From positions 186,001 through 250,000 of the forward strand of contig VRVR01000038.1 in assembly GCA_009859145.1 (NCBI GenBank): a stretch of DNA of 64,000 nt. Direction: 5' to 3'. The DNA comes from Andalucia godoyi And28. Its lineage: Eukaryota > Protista > Jakobida. A program made the translations under genes and the position numbers. Positions 40,501 through 50,397 of this stretch are shown one piece after another. Each line of letters starts with the position of its first letter. Within the stretch, counting starts at the first letter, position 1. The notes under the pieces were generated by a model, which had not been told where the DNA came from, searched no databases, and was given only the letters and a program-made list of their open reading frames with translations.

Positions 40501-42224
40501 CCAGCAATACAGCTCCGCATGCGGCGGAGTCACATGATATGCAGGGTTTGCAGTCCACGGCTTCTCCGCTGGAGCATACCGCAAATTCGGTGCAGAGGAT
40601 GCAGTCGAAAGGTAAGCCATCGAATGATGATATCGAGCTGGACGAACTTCTTGCCGAAGACACTTCACACGTCTCGCTGTCTCATCTTAACGGGGATAGT
40701 TCAGCCGGAGAAGCGGGATCCTCTGGGGTAAAAGGTGGAAAGACCTCTCTTGTTCAGACACGCCTCTGCTTCGATCAGCGTGTCGCGGACCCAGAAGCAA
40801 CGCCCAAGTCGAGGCCGCAACTTGTGAATGCGAGAGCCACTGCAAATGGAGCGAAATCAGATCGCTTGCAAACAGCAGCAACATCATCATCAACTTTATC
40901 GCCATCGGCATCGGCTTCTCTGGATCGAGAGCTGGCTGAGATTCTGAATGAACTCGAAAACTTCGATGCAGTTCCGCTGACGACGCGCGACACTGAGGAA
41001 CGGCAACAACAACGGCCACCATCTGACGAAACTCGGCGGCCAGAAGCGGCTGCTCATAAACCTCAGTCGGCTGCGCCTCCGAGCTTGCTGCTCAGGAAGC
41101 TTGCCTCTATCAATCCTTTGAGAGGACAGCGCTCGTCGCAGAGTGCATCCATCGGAGGCAAAGCAGGCAGCGCCAATCCGTATACCCGAGGCTCGGTCAC
41201 TCAAATGGCGGTTCCGACTGATGCTGCGTCGCATCAGGTCCCAGAAAATGCGCTCGAGAATCGTGGATTTGGTCGAGTGCCTGAAATGTCATACCAGCAG
41301 CCACCGTTTGCAAAGCGCTTGAGGCAGCAAATTCCCGAAACGGAGATGGGAAGCGATGCTTGTGAATCGTACGCTTTCAGCCGAGAGGATGATTCCGAAG
41401 TGCGATATTCCTCATCGACTTCCGCATCCAAAAAGTCCACTGAGGACTTGGCGCGCAGTGTTCTGCTCAAACGGACGGATGCAGGACCGTTGCCGCAGTA
41501 TTCTTGGAGGCTGCGATCCAAGGGAGATGCGCTTTCGGCTTTGCAAAGGTCGATGCACAGTGCTTCACAACTCGAGTCCTCTTTGGATCCGATGCCTGGT
41601 CGCAGCTCTGGAATCGCAGCTCGCAGTCTGCAGTTCTCCTTGTCTGCGAAGGACGCTGGTTGTCGTGAAGCGGGCTTTGAAGAACCGCTGGAGCGTTTCG
41701 AATTAAACAGTGCCGTTCCGTATCTCTCCTTTGCAGAGACAAGATACCGGCAACAGCAACAGCAACAGCAACAGCAGCCACAACCACAACATCCACCCCA
41801 ATCGCAGCCGCAGCACGGCAGTACATGGAATGCCTACCCCGGCGGAGTTCCGCAGCACCTCCCTGAATGGGGAGCGCAGGACACGTTCATGTATGATTCT
41901 CACGGTTGGTCCGGGCATTCAGGTCAAGTCTGTGCACCGCTGGCACCAACCGAGCCGTACCGTCCGATGCCCCGAGGTCCGTTCGCAGCACAATTTCAGT
42001 CTGCTTCGTTTCGTCCTCATGCGTCAAGAACGATGGATGTTTTCGAGCATCCGGAGCCCCTGGGGCGTGATCGTGCCATCCGCATGATGGAAGCTCACGC
42101 GTATCAGAAGGCAAAACCAGCACGCCCTCGTGCTAATTTGGGCGTCCTCGGCAAGCCCTCTGCGGCTCCATTGCACAGTCCTCAGCGGGAGCATTTCCAA
42201 AATCCGTTCGGTCGTCATCGGTAG
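37590..42224 (+). CDS. HFM1: Meiotic DExH helicase HFM1/MER3 with Sec63 domain and long disordered tail
   Basis: FNKMQSE, APTGCGKT, TTPEKWDSLTRRW, DEVH, ALSATIPN, LAQGVNLPA, QMIGRAGRPG and a Sec63-like region. Confidence 0.9.
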   Translation: MSNSSRRLHSENPFESTENDSNYYNPQSMYEDDSQFQESGFGAAGHEDFAATQVSAPVPARPKPLHTSEPSSWRREAAPEIVDGLLAIPPEIRNAFNYNYFNKMQSEVFDKVYNTDESMVVGAPTGCGKTVVFELALLRLFCSLRTADAKAIYIAPLKSIVQEKETDWNERLGSFGISCVSVTGDSEIDDVAETKKAQVILTTPEKWDSLTRRWREKGNSSASIVAKTSLVMIDEVHLLNEDRGATLEAIVSRMKIIMKSALMQGKLTSRLRMIALSATIPNIDDLGEWIGAGAEFVCRFGEEYRPVKVEIDVQSFLQDRNDYLFDRNLMYKVFPIIQQQSAGKPTLVFVGTRKGTSETATKILEAAGNDYFVRDPDQRKELERSSAEIQDTVQRELLLHGVACYHSGMEAQDRRIIEKQFLSGNIRVLVSTSSLAQGVNLPAYLVIVKNTKQYENGKMENLPRSAILQMIGRAGRPGFETSGRAVILTSRQTERMYINLASNAETIESNLHRNLIEHINAEICLRTITTVPLALEWLRSTFYFIRVKKAPAKYGLSDTSAMAEIVYSLEKMIGDHLKQLKEHELAMMEDTSLAVAPTDFGILMARYYLTFATMVSFEDVKNSSNLSDLLWVVSRAFEYGEGIVRQTEKKLLNQLNNDGKLPGAPRKKRKRASASGASGGEGEEADRQPATAPAVSAESVGLRFPIPSKIKTVEEKINVLIQSSFSRKAIDDFSLKMEATSIMQQAERVSRCLVDYCLLKRFGNASVDAIILQKCFRQRMWEVSPYVTAQLEGIGESLSKSLASAGVATFQDLEEADPRKLEAVTHRNPPFGTQLKAQYFSIPQYSCTMFQTGAHAADFKDHHAITISVRALRKEEFNTHTTAGNSRSKARNVKRKYHYIIVVSSGGDLLYSAKFCSSADEASSKLFQFAVRKADPKGPKITVHCISEDTIGLDSQRYLNVVYPPRLIEEASNTAPHAAESHDMQGLQSTASPLEHTANSVQRMQSKGKPSNDDIELDELLAEDTSHVSLSHLNGDSSAGEAGSSGVKGGKTSLVQTRLCFDQRVADPEATPKSRPQLVNARATANGAKSDRLQTAATSSSTLSPSASASLDRELAEILNELENFDAVPLTTRDTEERQQQRPPSDETRRPEAAAHKPQSAAPPSLLLRKLASINPLRGQRSSQSASIGGKAGSANPYTRGSVTQMAVPTDAASHQVPENALENRGFGRVPEMSYQQPPFAKRLRQQIPETEMGSDACESYAFSREDDSEVRYSSSTSASKKSTEDLARSVLLKRTDAGPLPQYSWRLRSKGDALSALQRSMHSASQLESSLDPMPGRSSGIAARSLQFSLSAKDAGCREAGFEEPLERFELNSAVPYLSFAETRYRQQQQQQQQQPQPQHPPQSQPQHGSTWNAYPGGVPQHLPEWGAQDTFMYDSHGWSGHSGQVCAPLAPTEPYRPMPRGPFAAQFQSASFRPHASRTMDVFEHPEPLGRDRAIRMMEAHAYQKAKPARPRANLGVLGKPSAAPLHSPQREHFQNPFGRHR

Positions 42225-42548
42225 CCTTTCGAACAGTGTTTTGAGAGTCTCCCTGCTGTTGCTGCTGTTGCTGCTTTCCTCAGCTTCATCCTCATCGTGT
42301 CCTTCATCAGCTTCATTACATCGACGACTTTATTAATTAATCTTTTGGTGGTCCGGTGCGGCTATCACAGGAAGAAAAAAAAAAGAGAAAAAGAAAAACA
42401 GAAAAACAAGAAACCAGGGCATATCCGTTTGTTCATTTCTTCCCCTTCCCTTCTCTTTCCGGCCCAACGTCTTGTCGTCAATTTACAAAAACGAAAAGCG
42501 AAACGCCTTCGCGTCCAATCTACAACACCAATCACAATCCAAGGATTC

Positions 42549-42959
42549 TCAGTGGGACTTCCCCGGTTGCATCGATCTAGCTTTTCGTTCTTGCTCCAGC
42601 CTATCAATTTCTGCCTTTTCCTTGAGCATCATTCGTTGTCTGTGCATTTCCGTGTTAAACCGCGGTGCTGCATATAGCTTGTCTCCGTCGGAGCCAAGCA
42701 CCGAAACTCCCGGCACACGAATTCCCCAGTTCTTCTCCAAGTGCAAAGAAAGATCCTTCACCTCCAAGGTCGACGAATTTCGATGTCGAGCAAGCGAGGA
42801 CGCTCCCGACACAACAGAGTCAATGAAGTCATCGGCAATTTCCAAAAGCGCAGTCTCGACCGCCGGCTCCAGCGTGTGGTACTGTGACAGCTGTTCTAGA
42901 AGATTCTGCAGCTTTGGTCGATCGAGTATGTGGGGAACCGAAGCCACTTCATCCGACAT
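42549..42959 (-). CDS. TAF12: TFIID subunit 12 (histone fold)
   Basis: ILDRPKLQNLL...LLEIADDFIDSV...LARHRNSSTLEVKDLSLHLEKNWGIRVPG. Confidence 0.93.
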   Translation of the reverse strand: MSDEVASVPHILDRPKLQNLLEQLSQYHTLEPAVETALLEIADDFIDSVVSGASSLARHRNSSTLEVKDLSLHLEKNWGIRVPGVSVLGSDGDKLYAAPRFNTEMHRQRMMLKEKAEIDRLEQERKARSMQPGKSH

Positions 42960-43275
42960 ATTGCTTGCGATCTCACGCGCCACTGCACACCCCACGCAAA
43001 AACGCACGCACACAAACACACGCGAACGAGTCAAAAGAGAGAAAAAGAGGGTGAAAGAAAGGGAGAGAATGGGGGAAAAGGCTTGAAAAAGAATGGGAAA
43101 ACTTGAGGATTGAGAGACTCGAGTTTTCACTACAGCCGCTGAAGAGTGGGCAGCGGGGGAAGACGCCTTTGATTCCGCGCACTCTCGTTTACGCACTGAG
43201 CAACGGTGTGTGGGGTCACTGTTTACATGCTGAATTACTGTACTGTGCTTTGCTGTGCTGCGGAGGGGCTCGCTG

Positions 43276-44997
43276 CTAACGTGCGCGCTGTTGCGATGTC
43301 AACAGCGAAGCGATTTTCATGGGAAGCAAACTTGCCATTTGCCTCGAGATATCAACCTCGGCAGGAAGCAAGCCTGTCTTGAAACGATCTTCGTACTCAA
43401 CGACCCACGAAAACATGTCCCTGGACTTGGAGAGATATTCGGGAGACGGAACTTTGCCGTACACGCGAGCCAAATGAAACTTTGAAATCATGACTGCCTC
43501 TTCGGAATCCTGCGCGTATCTCCCGTCCTTTGGAGTGAACGACTCTACAAACTTTGTGTACATATCAAGCGACTTATTGATGGTTGCGATCGCCGGCTTG
43601 ACTTCTGCAATCGACGAGTAGATCTCCCCGAGCTCAAACCACAATTGACGCAACAGCGAAGTGTAGTGCTGCGGATTTAGTTGGGAAACAATCGGCTCCA
43701 GTGCCGCGCATCTTCGCTTGTGCATTGCGACCACGCGCTCCGGATCTGCTTCAAACGAGAGCAAGGCCTTGTACAGAAGAGATATATCCTGTGCTATGGA
43801 TGTGTAGTCCGTGACGTATCCATCCAGGACATAGAATTCCTGTGCCTTTGTGAATCCATACAACGCCTTGCGAAACACCACTCGCGCATCCTCAAAGCTG
43901 CTGATCGCAGGAATATCCAGACTTGGTTTCGGAATCCCCAGCTCTGCGGAAAAGTCGTCAAGAATCCACTCTTTGTGCACGTGCCATGCAACCCGCATTT
44001 CCTCTTCAAAAATCTGTGGCTCGTCCTTGCGCAGTGCCTCCATCTTCATTCTCCACAGCCAAAACTTTCCTCTTGCCAAATGCAAATTTGCTTGCGTCAC
44101 GTCGTTCACCTTGAACCCTTCATTCGACTGACCTTCACTTGCAGCCCGGGCATTGAGGATGACCTTTTCCGCGGCGTTCAGGCAGTGTTCGCATTCGGCA
44201 AATGCGTTCCGCTGCAAATAGTACCCAGAGAGATACACTGCGTTGTCCGCCCATTCACAAACATCGTATTTTGGAAGCGAGAGCTGCGATTTCATTGTCA
44301 TGCGGATGAAGTGCGCCGCCTCGTCCTTTTGACCTCGGTACGACAGAACCTGTGCAAGATAGAACGCACTCTGCGCGTTCTGCTTCACGCGCAACGCACA
44401 TCGCAAATACGCCTCGGCCTTGTCCAGTTCTGACCGGTTGTTCCATAATATACCCATGGTGTTCAGCCCGTCTAGAACAACATCCAGCTCGCCGCCGCTT
44501 ATACTCGCGCTCTCACCGTGAGTGTTAGTGTTGGTGTTGGTGTCGATGACGGTGTCGATGACGGAGTCGGTGTCGGTGTCAATGTCGGACTTGCCAGTAC
44601 CGGCTCGAGCAGCCTCAGAGGGCGGTGGTGAAGGGGAAGCGAGAATGTCGAGATTCAGAGCCCCTGCATAGAACCGTAGACCATCCGACAGAACCGCCTC
44701 ACCAGTCCCGGTCTCTTCACAGTCAATCATGTTTTCACCGACCTTGATGCTAACCAGCGCGCGAAACTGTGCATTGGATTGCACAACGGACGACTGAAGC
44801 AGCGTTTCAAGCAGCCTTCGAGACTCGTACTTTTGCGCAAACGGAGTCTCTGCAGCCGCAGGCTGGTTTCCAAGCGCCTCCAGCTCTTCTATCTTGCCAA
44901 GCAGCGCACAAAGCGTCGATGGAACCACCACCTCCTCTCTACCCTCACCTCCGTCTCCAGGACTCTGCCTGGACGCCGTCGGCTCACTCTCCGACAT
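43276..44997 (-). CDS. KIFBP: KIF-binding protein (TPR-like)
   Basis: TPFAQKYESRRLLE, LNTMGILWNNR, AFYLAQV, AQEFYVLDGYVTDYTSIAQDISLLYK and AMHKRR match the KBP family. Confidence 0.85.
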   Translation of the reverse strand: MSESEPTASRQSPGDGGEGREEVVVPSTLCALLGKIEELEALGNQPAAAETPFAQKYESRRLLETLLQSSVVQSNAQFRALVSIKVGENMIDCEETGTGEAVLSDGLRFYAGALNLDILASPSPPPSEAARAGTGKSDIDTDTDSVIDTVIDTNTNTNTHGESASISGGELDVVLDGLNTMGILWNNRSELDKAEAYLRCALRVKQNAQSAFYLAQVLSYRGQKDEAAHFIRMTMKSQLSLPKYDVCEWADNAVYLSGYYLQRNAFAECEHCLNAAEKVILNARAASEGQSNEGFKVNDVTQANLHLARGKFWLWRMKMEALRKDEPQIFEEEMRVAWHVHKEWILDDFSAELGIPKPSLDIPAISSFEDARVVFRKALYGFTKAQEFYVLDGYVTDYTSIAQDISLLYKALLSFEADPERVVAMHKRRCAALEPIVSQLNPQHYTSLLRQLWFELGEIYSSIAEVKPAIATINKSLDMYTKFVESFTPKDGRYAQDSEEAVMISKFHLARVYGKVPSPEYLSKSRDMFSWVVEYEDRFKTGLLPAEVDISRQMASLLPMKIASLLTSQQRAR

Positions 44998-45485
44998 ATC
45001 CTCCCACCTCTTCTCCTCCTCCAGGTCACACAACAGCAAATGCAAACCAAAACACAACAACAACAACAAAACTCACAGAACAAATCAGAAAAAAACCCCA
45101 AAACAATCAAGCAAAACACGAAAATCACTTTCGAAAAGAAAAAAGGAAATAATCTGAGCCGTGTGTCGTGTCGTACTGTAGTCAGCAGTCCGAACCACCC
45201 TTTGGTGAAGGCCAGCCACCCGTCGTAGCAAGCTGCTCTTCCTAAAGTCTTTTAATCCCGGTTTTCATCTTCTTTTCCTTTTTTCCTTTTTCTCTCACTT
45301 TCTTTTATACCTTTTTTTTTTTTTTGAAGTTTAGTTTTCCTGAAGAACAGCTAAGCGCAATTGTCGTATCCGGGTTGAGAGAGAGAGAGAGAGAGGGAAA
45401 GGCTAGAAACACATACAAGGAAATAACAGTGACCATTGCTGTACGACGACTGCTTTAAGTACTCATCAATTATTGTTTATTTATT

Positions 45486-48029
45486 ATGGAACAATCAAAG
45501 CTGTCGATTGTGCTGGGATGTCGAGACCTGAAAGACATGAAGGAGGATTTGTTGGCTCAAATCGAGCGGGTCGATGACGAAATCACTAAATGTGAAGTTG
45601 AAATTGCCACGTTGCGCAAGCAGCAATCCCTGCATTATAACAGTGGATCGATGTCGGCTGTTGGAAACATGGCCGATTGTTCCTCCTCTTCTACCTCCTC
45701 ATCGTCGTCATCATCATCGTCGTCATCGTCATTGCCGTCGTCTGCGGTGGCAATGCCGTCCAGTACGCCATTTATGGTGCTGACACCTTCTCGGACACCT
45801 TCTACACCGAGATTTCCAACATTTACGGTGTTCAAAAAGCAGCAAGAAGAGCTTGGGTCGGTTGTGCAGAGGATATATGATGCCAATCGGAAGCTTTCGC
45901 TGCGGTCGCGAAATGAAATGCCGTTTCCGCCTGTGGATCCGAGCACCTTGAAGCCGATCTTGTATCGCGAGCCCAGCGAAATTCCGATATGGCGCGAAAC
46001 GACGCGTGTTCACGAGCTTGTGAAGGAGCGTTGCAAGCCAATTATTCTTTCTCGAGTAATTGCACGAAAAAGAAAGGAGCGACGACTTACGGAAATCTAC
46101 AAGCGACGGGAAATCATTTGGATGCAGACGATCAGGAAGCAAGAGAAGAAGATGCAGAAGCAGATTCAGAGAACGGGAGAAGATATGATTGCTACGTACA
46201 TGGATGAAATGGGATCTTCGTACGTGGAGGAGTTTGAGATGGACGAGGTTTCTGCATCGAGAAAGAAGAAATCAATCATGTCATCGGACCATCGATCACT
46301 GCCGTCGACGGGTGAGCATGGCACGGATGCTGGGAATTCAGCGGCGCAGTCCAGTGCTGGTAGTGGCGGTGATAAGAGTGGCTCCTATGGGACGTACATG
46401 TCTTCGCATGCGGATCAGCCACAATCGTACTGCGAACGCATGGAAAGGTATGATATGGTGCGAGCAAGGTGTCCGCCGCAGATTGGCGATGCGATGTTCG
46501 TCTCAAAGAACTCTCTTGTCGAGGACTGCCTGGCAGACAATCAGTTCCACCGTGCCAAGGAGACGAATTGGTCCGATGATGAGAAGCGCGTCTTCCTCGA
46601 AAAGTATGTAATGTATCCAAAGCAGTTCCGGAGAATCGCCACATTTCTTCCCAACAAGAACGTGTATGACTGCGTTGTCTACTATTTCAACCACAAGCAT
46701 GTTCTCGGCCTGAAAAGCAAGGTTCAAGCTGCGAGCTCAAGTATCCGGAAACGCTTGCTCGAAGAAAGCAAGGAGCAGCAGCAAGGTCTGTCCACCCCTG
46801 TGCCTCAGACTCCAGGAAGTGCAATGCAGATGAGTGTTTTTGGATCCCTTCATTCGTCGTCTTCTATATCCTCTGCTTCAAATTCCAATGTCGTTCCGGT
46901 TCTCGGTGCACCGTTCTCTTCTTCCATGTTTCCGTTTGCCCCGTCTTTTCCTACCTCTTCATCGACAGTATCCTTTCCGTCGTCTGCACAGCCGACAGCT
47001 GCGGGAACCGCAGCAACGTCTGCCTCGTCCTCGTCTTCGATTGTTGGCCCTTTATTCAACCTGCAAACCGACACCCATTCGTCGATTGGCTCCGTCGTTG
47101 GTGCTGCTGCTGGTGGTGCCAGTGGTGTTGGTGTTGGTGTTGCGTCTGCGTCAGGCTTGAGACAAGGCGAACCACCTCGGAAGCGATCGCTGTTGGTGTT
47201 TTATCCTGTTGAGAAGATGCACTACGGGTTCAAAGTCGAGGCTGGGCCGTTGGAGTCGCAGCTTCATGCACTATCATGTCTTCAAAGTTCTCTTCATACC
47301 TCGCAATTTGTTGCAAAGCAGGAGTCTTCGAACCCGCTGATCGTGGCCAATCCGGCGAATGGAAACCTTCTTGGAACCTCGCTCGTGTTTGGAAGCAGCG
47401 TGTCGACGGTCGGGCTTGACTCCTCTGCGTTTCCCATTGATGACATCTTCTCGGATTCTGACTGCTGCTCCGAGTCTGGCCACGGAGTGTCGGGAGAATT
47501 CGACAGTGTTGAGCACGAAACGGTTCTTCAGGAGGATGGCGAAGACGTTTCTTCCCGGTGGCTTCCCCACGAAAAGGACATGTTTTTGGCCCTTGTTCGC
47601 GAGCATGGGAAAGACTTTTCTTCCATATCTACCAAAATCAAGACGAAGAGCGCAGCGCAATGCAAGAACTTTTTCCACAATTACCGCCGACGATACAATC
47701 TTGATGATACGCTTTCCGCCCCCGACTCGGCCTCGGTTCCCAACGCGGTATCGGCGCCAGCCACGCAGTTTGCAGTTCAGAAGGAGACCGTTTCCATGGG
47801 AAGTTCCAATTCCATCTTGAACCGCAAGGGCCGGGCAGGAACGACTTGGAGCAATGAAGAAAAGAACAAGTTTATGGAGTTGCTCAAAATACACGGGAAA
47901 GACTGGATTGCCATCCAGCGAGAGATTCCAGGCAAGGAACTGAATCAGATCCAAAACTGGTTCCAGAACAACCGAGTCCGTTTACACCTCGATGAGCTCG
48001 TCCAGTCACGAAAGACTGGGCCAAAGTAG
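45486..48029 (+). CDS. NCoR/Snt1-like co-repressor with three SANT/Myb domains
   Basis: N-terminal KEDLLAQIERVDDEI coiled coil. SANT1 WSDDEKRVFLEK..YPKQF..IATFL..KNVYDCVVYY; two further SANT repeats (WLPHEK.., WSNEEK..). Confidence 0.85.
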   Translation: MEQSKLSIVLGCRDLKDMKEDLLAQIERVDDEITKCEVEIATLRKQQSLHYNSGSMSAVGNMADCSSSSTSSSSSSSSSSSSLPSSAVAMPSSTPFMVLTPSRTPSTPRFPTFTVFKKQQEELGSVVQRIYDANRKLSLRSRNEMPFPPVDPSTLKPILYREPSEIPIWRETTRVHELVKERCKPIILSRVIARKRKERRLTEIYKRREIIWMQTIRKQEKKMQKQIQRTGEDMIATYMDEMGSSYVEEFEMDEVSASRKKKSIMSSDHRSLPSTGEHGTDAGNSAAQSSAGSGGDKSGSYGTYMSSHADQPQSYCERMERYDMVRARCPPQIGDAMFVSKNSLVEDCLADNQFHRAKETNWSDDEKRVFLEKYVMYPKQFRRIATFLPNKNVYDCVVYYFNHKHVLGLKSKVQAASSSIRKRLLEESKEQQQGLSTPVPQTPGSAMQMSVFGSLHSSSSISSASNSNVVPVLGAPFSSSMFPFAPSFPTSSSTVSFPSSAQPTAAGTAATSASSSSSIVGPLFNLQTDTHSSIGSVVGAAAGGASGVGVGVASASGLRQGEPPRKRSLLVFYPVEKMHYGFKVEAGPLESQLHALSCLQSSLHTSQFVAKQESSNPLIVANPANGNLLGTSLVFGSSVSTVGLDSSAFPIDDIFSDSDCCSESGHGVSGEFDSVEHETVLQEDGEDVSSRWLPHEKDMFLALVREHGKDFSSISTKIKTKSAAQCKNFFHNYRRRYNLDDTLSAPDSASVPNAVSAPATQFAVQKETVSMGSSNSILNRKGRAGTTWSNEEKNKFMELLKIHGKDWIAIQREIPGKELNQIQNWFQNNRVRLHLDELVQSRKTGPK

Positions 48030-48227
48030 CCAATCCTTCTTCTCTTCTCTTCCCAGTGTCCCAGTGTCCCAATGTCCCCGTACACATGCACACATGCACA
48101 CCTGATCTCCAATTTATCTTAACCTCATTAAACGCACACATGCATGACACGAATGTTGCTGCTACGATCCAAAAAAGTTGCTGCCACTAATTGCGATATG
48201 ATGAAACAATCTAAAGCGCACGTATAC

Positions 48228-48476
48228 AAACGCAAAAACGAGCCCGCGACGAGAGCAGCGAAAGTGAAGACGTACCCGTCGACGAGCCAGAGATCAGCTG
48301 TGCGAAGGTGGCTCGGCACAGCGCGCTGGATCTACAACGCAGGCCTCGTGGCCGTCCGCGAAAGAAACGCGTCTCGCTCAACATCAAGGCGCTGCCCGCA
48401 CTGCTTCTCAACAGTGCTTCTGAGACTGTGCAGCAACATTGATTATGGGTGATCAGCGATGATTATCCGTGGTTAG
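48228..48476 (+). mobile_element. Degenerate N-terminal fragment of a Fanzor2/TnpB (IS605/IS607 OrfB-type) gene; frameshifted, no RuvC
   Basis: KRKNEPATRAAKVKTYPSTSQRSAVRRWLGTARWIYNAGLVAVRE matches the OrfB HTH pattern YP-x3-Q-x8-G-x2-R-x2-YN-x2-L. It continues in the -1 frame as KKRVSLNIKALPALLLNS...H*LWV. Confidence 0.75.
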
Positions 48477-48658
48477 TGTGCAGTGTAGGTGCACTGCTCT
48501 ATCGAGGTTTTTCTTCCGACCCAATTTGCCGTGTTTCCTCGCGGATTTTTTCCTCCGTTTCTCTCTCTTTTCTTCATCTTCATCTTCAGGCTGTTTACGG
48601 AACCTTTGTGGATGACATATGCGTCTTGTGATATTCGAGAGTTTCATGCAGACTGGAA

Positions 48659-50308
48659 ATGAGTACGAAAGAAGAATGTGTGGATTTGAACAAGGCTGTT
48701 ATGCTGATTCAGCTGTTTTTGTTGCAGCAGAATCTTCCAGAATCGTTGGATGCGCTGCAAGCCGAGACTCGGACCAAGCTTTCTTCGTTGCCACAATATA
48801 CTCTCGATTCCGTCTGTGAGAATGTGAAGCTTGGAAACTGGGAGCTGTGTCTTCCTGTGCTTTCCAAGCTGGAGCTTTCCTCTGCGGTTTCCACAAACAT
48901 GTACTTTTGCTTTTTGGTGGATTTGCTTGCAGATGGACAAGTGGCGTTTGCAACACGACTTGCAGCTGAAAAATCCGCATCCTCCATCGAGCCGTTTTTG
49001 TCGCTCTCCAATTCCCAACTTCCTATTGGCAAGCGATTTGCCTCGCATCTGGAAACCGCCAGGCTGTTCCACATGCAGCGATCCATCTCGCGAGCACAGT
49101 ACTTGACGTTATTTGATCCGCACATCTTGTCTAAACGAAGAGAAGAATGCAGTCTGCAGATCAAGGACTCAGTTGCCATTGAAAAGAATGATCTGCTCTA
49201 TCTCATCGCACACTCCCTTGGATCCACGCCTTTCCCCTTGGTGCTTTCCTCTCCCACTTCGACTGCCGCTAATGCTACTTCTGCTGCCACCATTGCTGCT
49301 GCTGACGGTCGTGGGGCTTCACGGATATCGCGGCGTCCAAAGCTAGCGAACACGATTCGCTTGGACGACGTGAAAATCAAGAGCGCTTCGTTTTCTTCAA
49401 CGCTCCCGATTTTTGCAGTCTGCGGCGCCGATGGCGTGTGTGAAATGTACAGCACTGCGAACTTGGCTCTCGACACTGCAATTTGCAAGTTCCAAGAAGA
49501 AGATAGGTTCCTTTCTCATAAACATGCAATTGTGCAATCTGCGTTCTCTCCCGATTCTGCGTTTTGCTCCGTGGATTCCGCCGGAACAGTCAAAGTCTGG
49601 GACTTGTCGGGACTAGCATCGTGCGTCTGGACATTCAACGCACTCGAGTCGGGTACAGTAGTGAACAGGTTTCCAGACAGTGTCACGTTTGTGCGCTTAC
49701 TACACGAGCATCTGGTCGTTGGAAAGTTCTCTGGCTTTGTCGAAGTCTACGAGATGCAGAATCCAGTATTGTTGGCTCGTGTTCGTCTGGATTCCAGAGC
49801 CGTTGACGCTGCGGTGATCACGCAAGAAAACGGACAATGCCTTCTGCTGCTTTGCTCTGCATCGCAGCTCTACAAGATGGATCTTCCGAAGGGTGCAGGC
49901 TCCGCGAGTGCCGAAAGTCTTGCAAGCATTCACACATTTGATGTTCGCGAGGTGCTTGGAATGGCAGTAGGTTCTCAAAGTGCACCACGTGACCAGATGG
50001 TTGTTGTTTGCGGATACGGTTTGTATGTGTTCTCGACTGCATCGTGGAAGCCTTTGCAAGTTCGCAAGCTGTCCATTCTCAACTACGGAGCAAGCGAGAA
50101 TGCAAACCTCATGTGGATTGTCCCAGCCGAGCACCGCGACACGCTCTGTGCGTTGTTGCTCAACGATCTTTCCAGCCCGGAGCATCTGCAGTCCATTGCG
50201 TTGCCATCCGTGTCTGCTCGCGCTGTCGTCCAGTTCATTGGGACCTCACCGGACGGCTCTTCACTCATCGTGTGCACCGATGATCAGCGCGTGCACTTGT
50301 ACCAATAA
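48659..50308 (+). CDS. SMU1: Divergent SMU1-like spliceosomal LisH-CTLH-WD40 protein
   Basis: LIQLFLLQQNLPESLDALQAET and GNWELCLPVLSKL (LisH/CTLH), KRREE, KFQEEDRFLSH, then WD repeats. Confidence 0.75.
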   Translation: MSTKEECVDLNKAVMLIQLFLLQQNLPESLDALQAETRTKLSSLPQYTLDSVCENVKLGNWELCLPVLSKLELSSAVSTNMYFCFLVDLLADGQVAFATRLAAEKSASSIEPFLSLSNSQLPIGKRFASHLETARLFHMQRSISRAQYLTLFDPHILSKRREECSLQIKDSVAIEKNDLLYLIAHSLGSTPFPLVLSSPTSTAANATSAATIAAADGRGASRISRRPKLANTIRLDDVKIKSASFSSTLPIFAVCGADGVCEMYSTANLALDTAICKFQEEDRFLSHKHAIVQSAFSPDSAFCSVDSAGTVKVWDLSGLASCVWTFNALESGTVVNRFPDSVTFVRLLHEHLVVGKFSGFVEVYEMQNPVLLARVRLDSRAVDAAVITQENGQCLLLLCSASQLYKMDLPKGAGSASAESLASIHTFDVREVLGMAVGSQSAPRDQMVVVCGYGLYVFSTASWKPLQVRKLSILNYGASENANLMWIVPAEHRDTLCALLLNDLSSPEHLQSIALPSVSARAVVQFIGTSPDGSSLIVCTDDQRVHLYQ

Positions 50309-50397
50309 AAACACGTGCCTGATGATGGGCATCGCATCCCAATCACTATCGTTCTCTCCCATTTTCTGTCTTTTCTTTTTCTTTTAATAAATGAATG

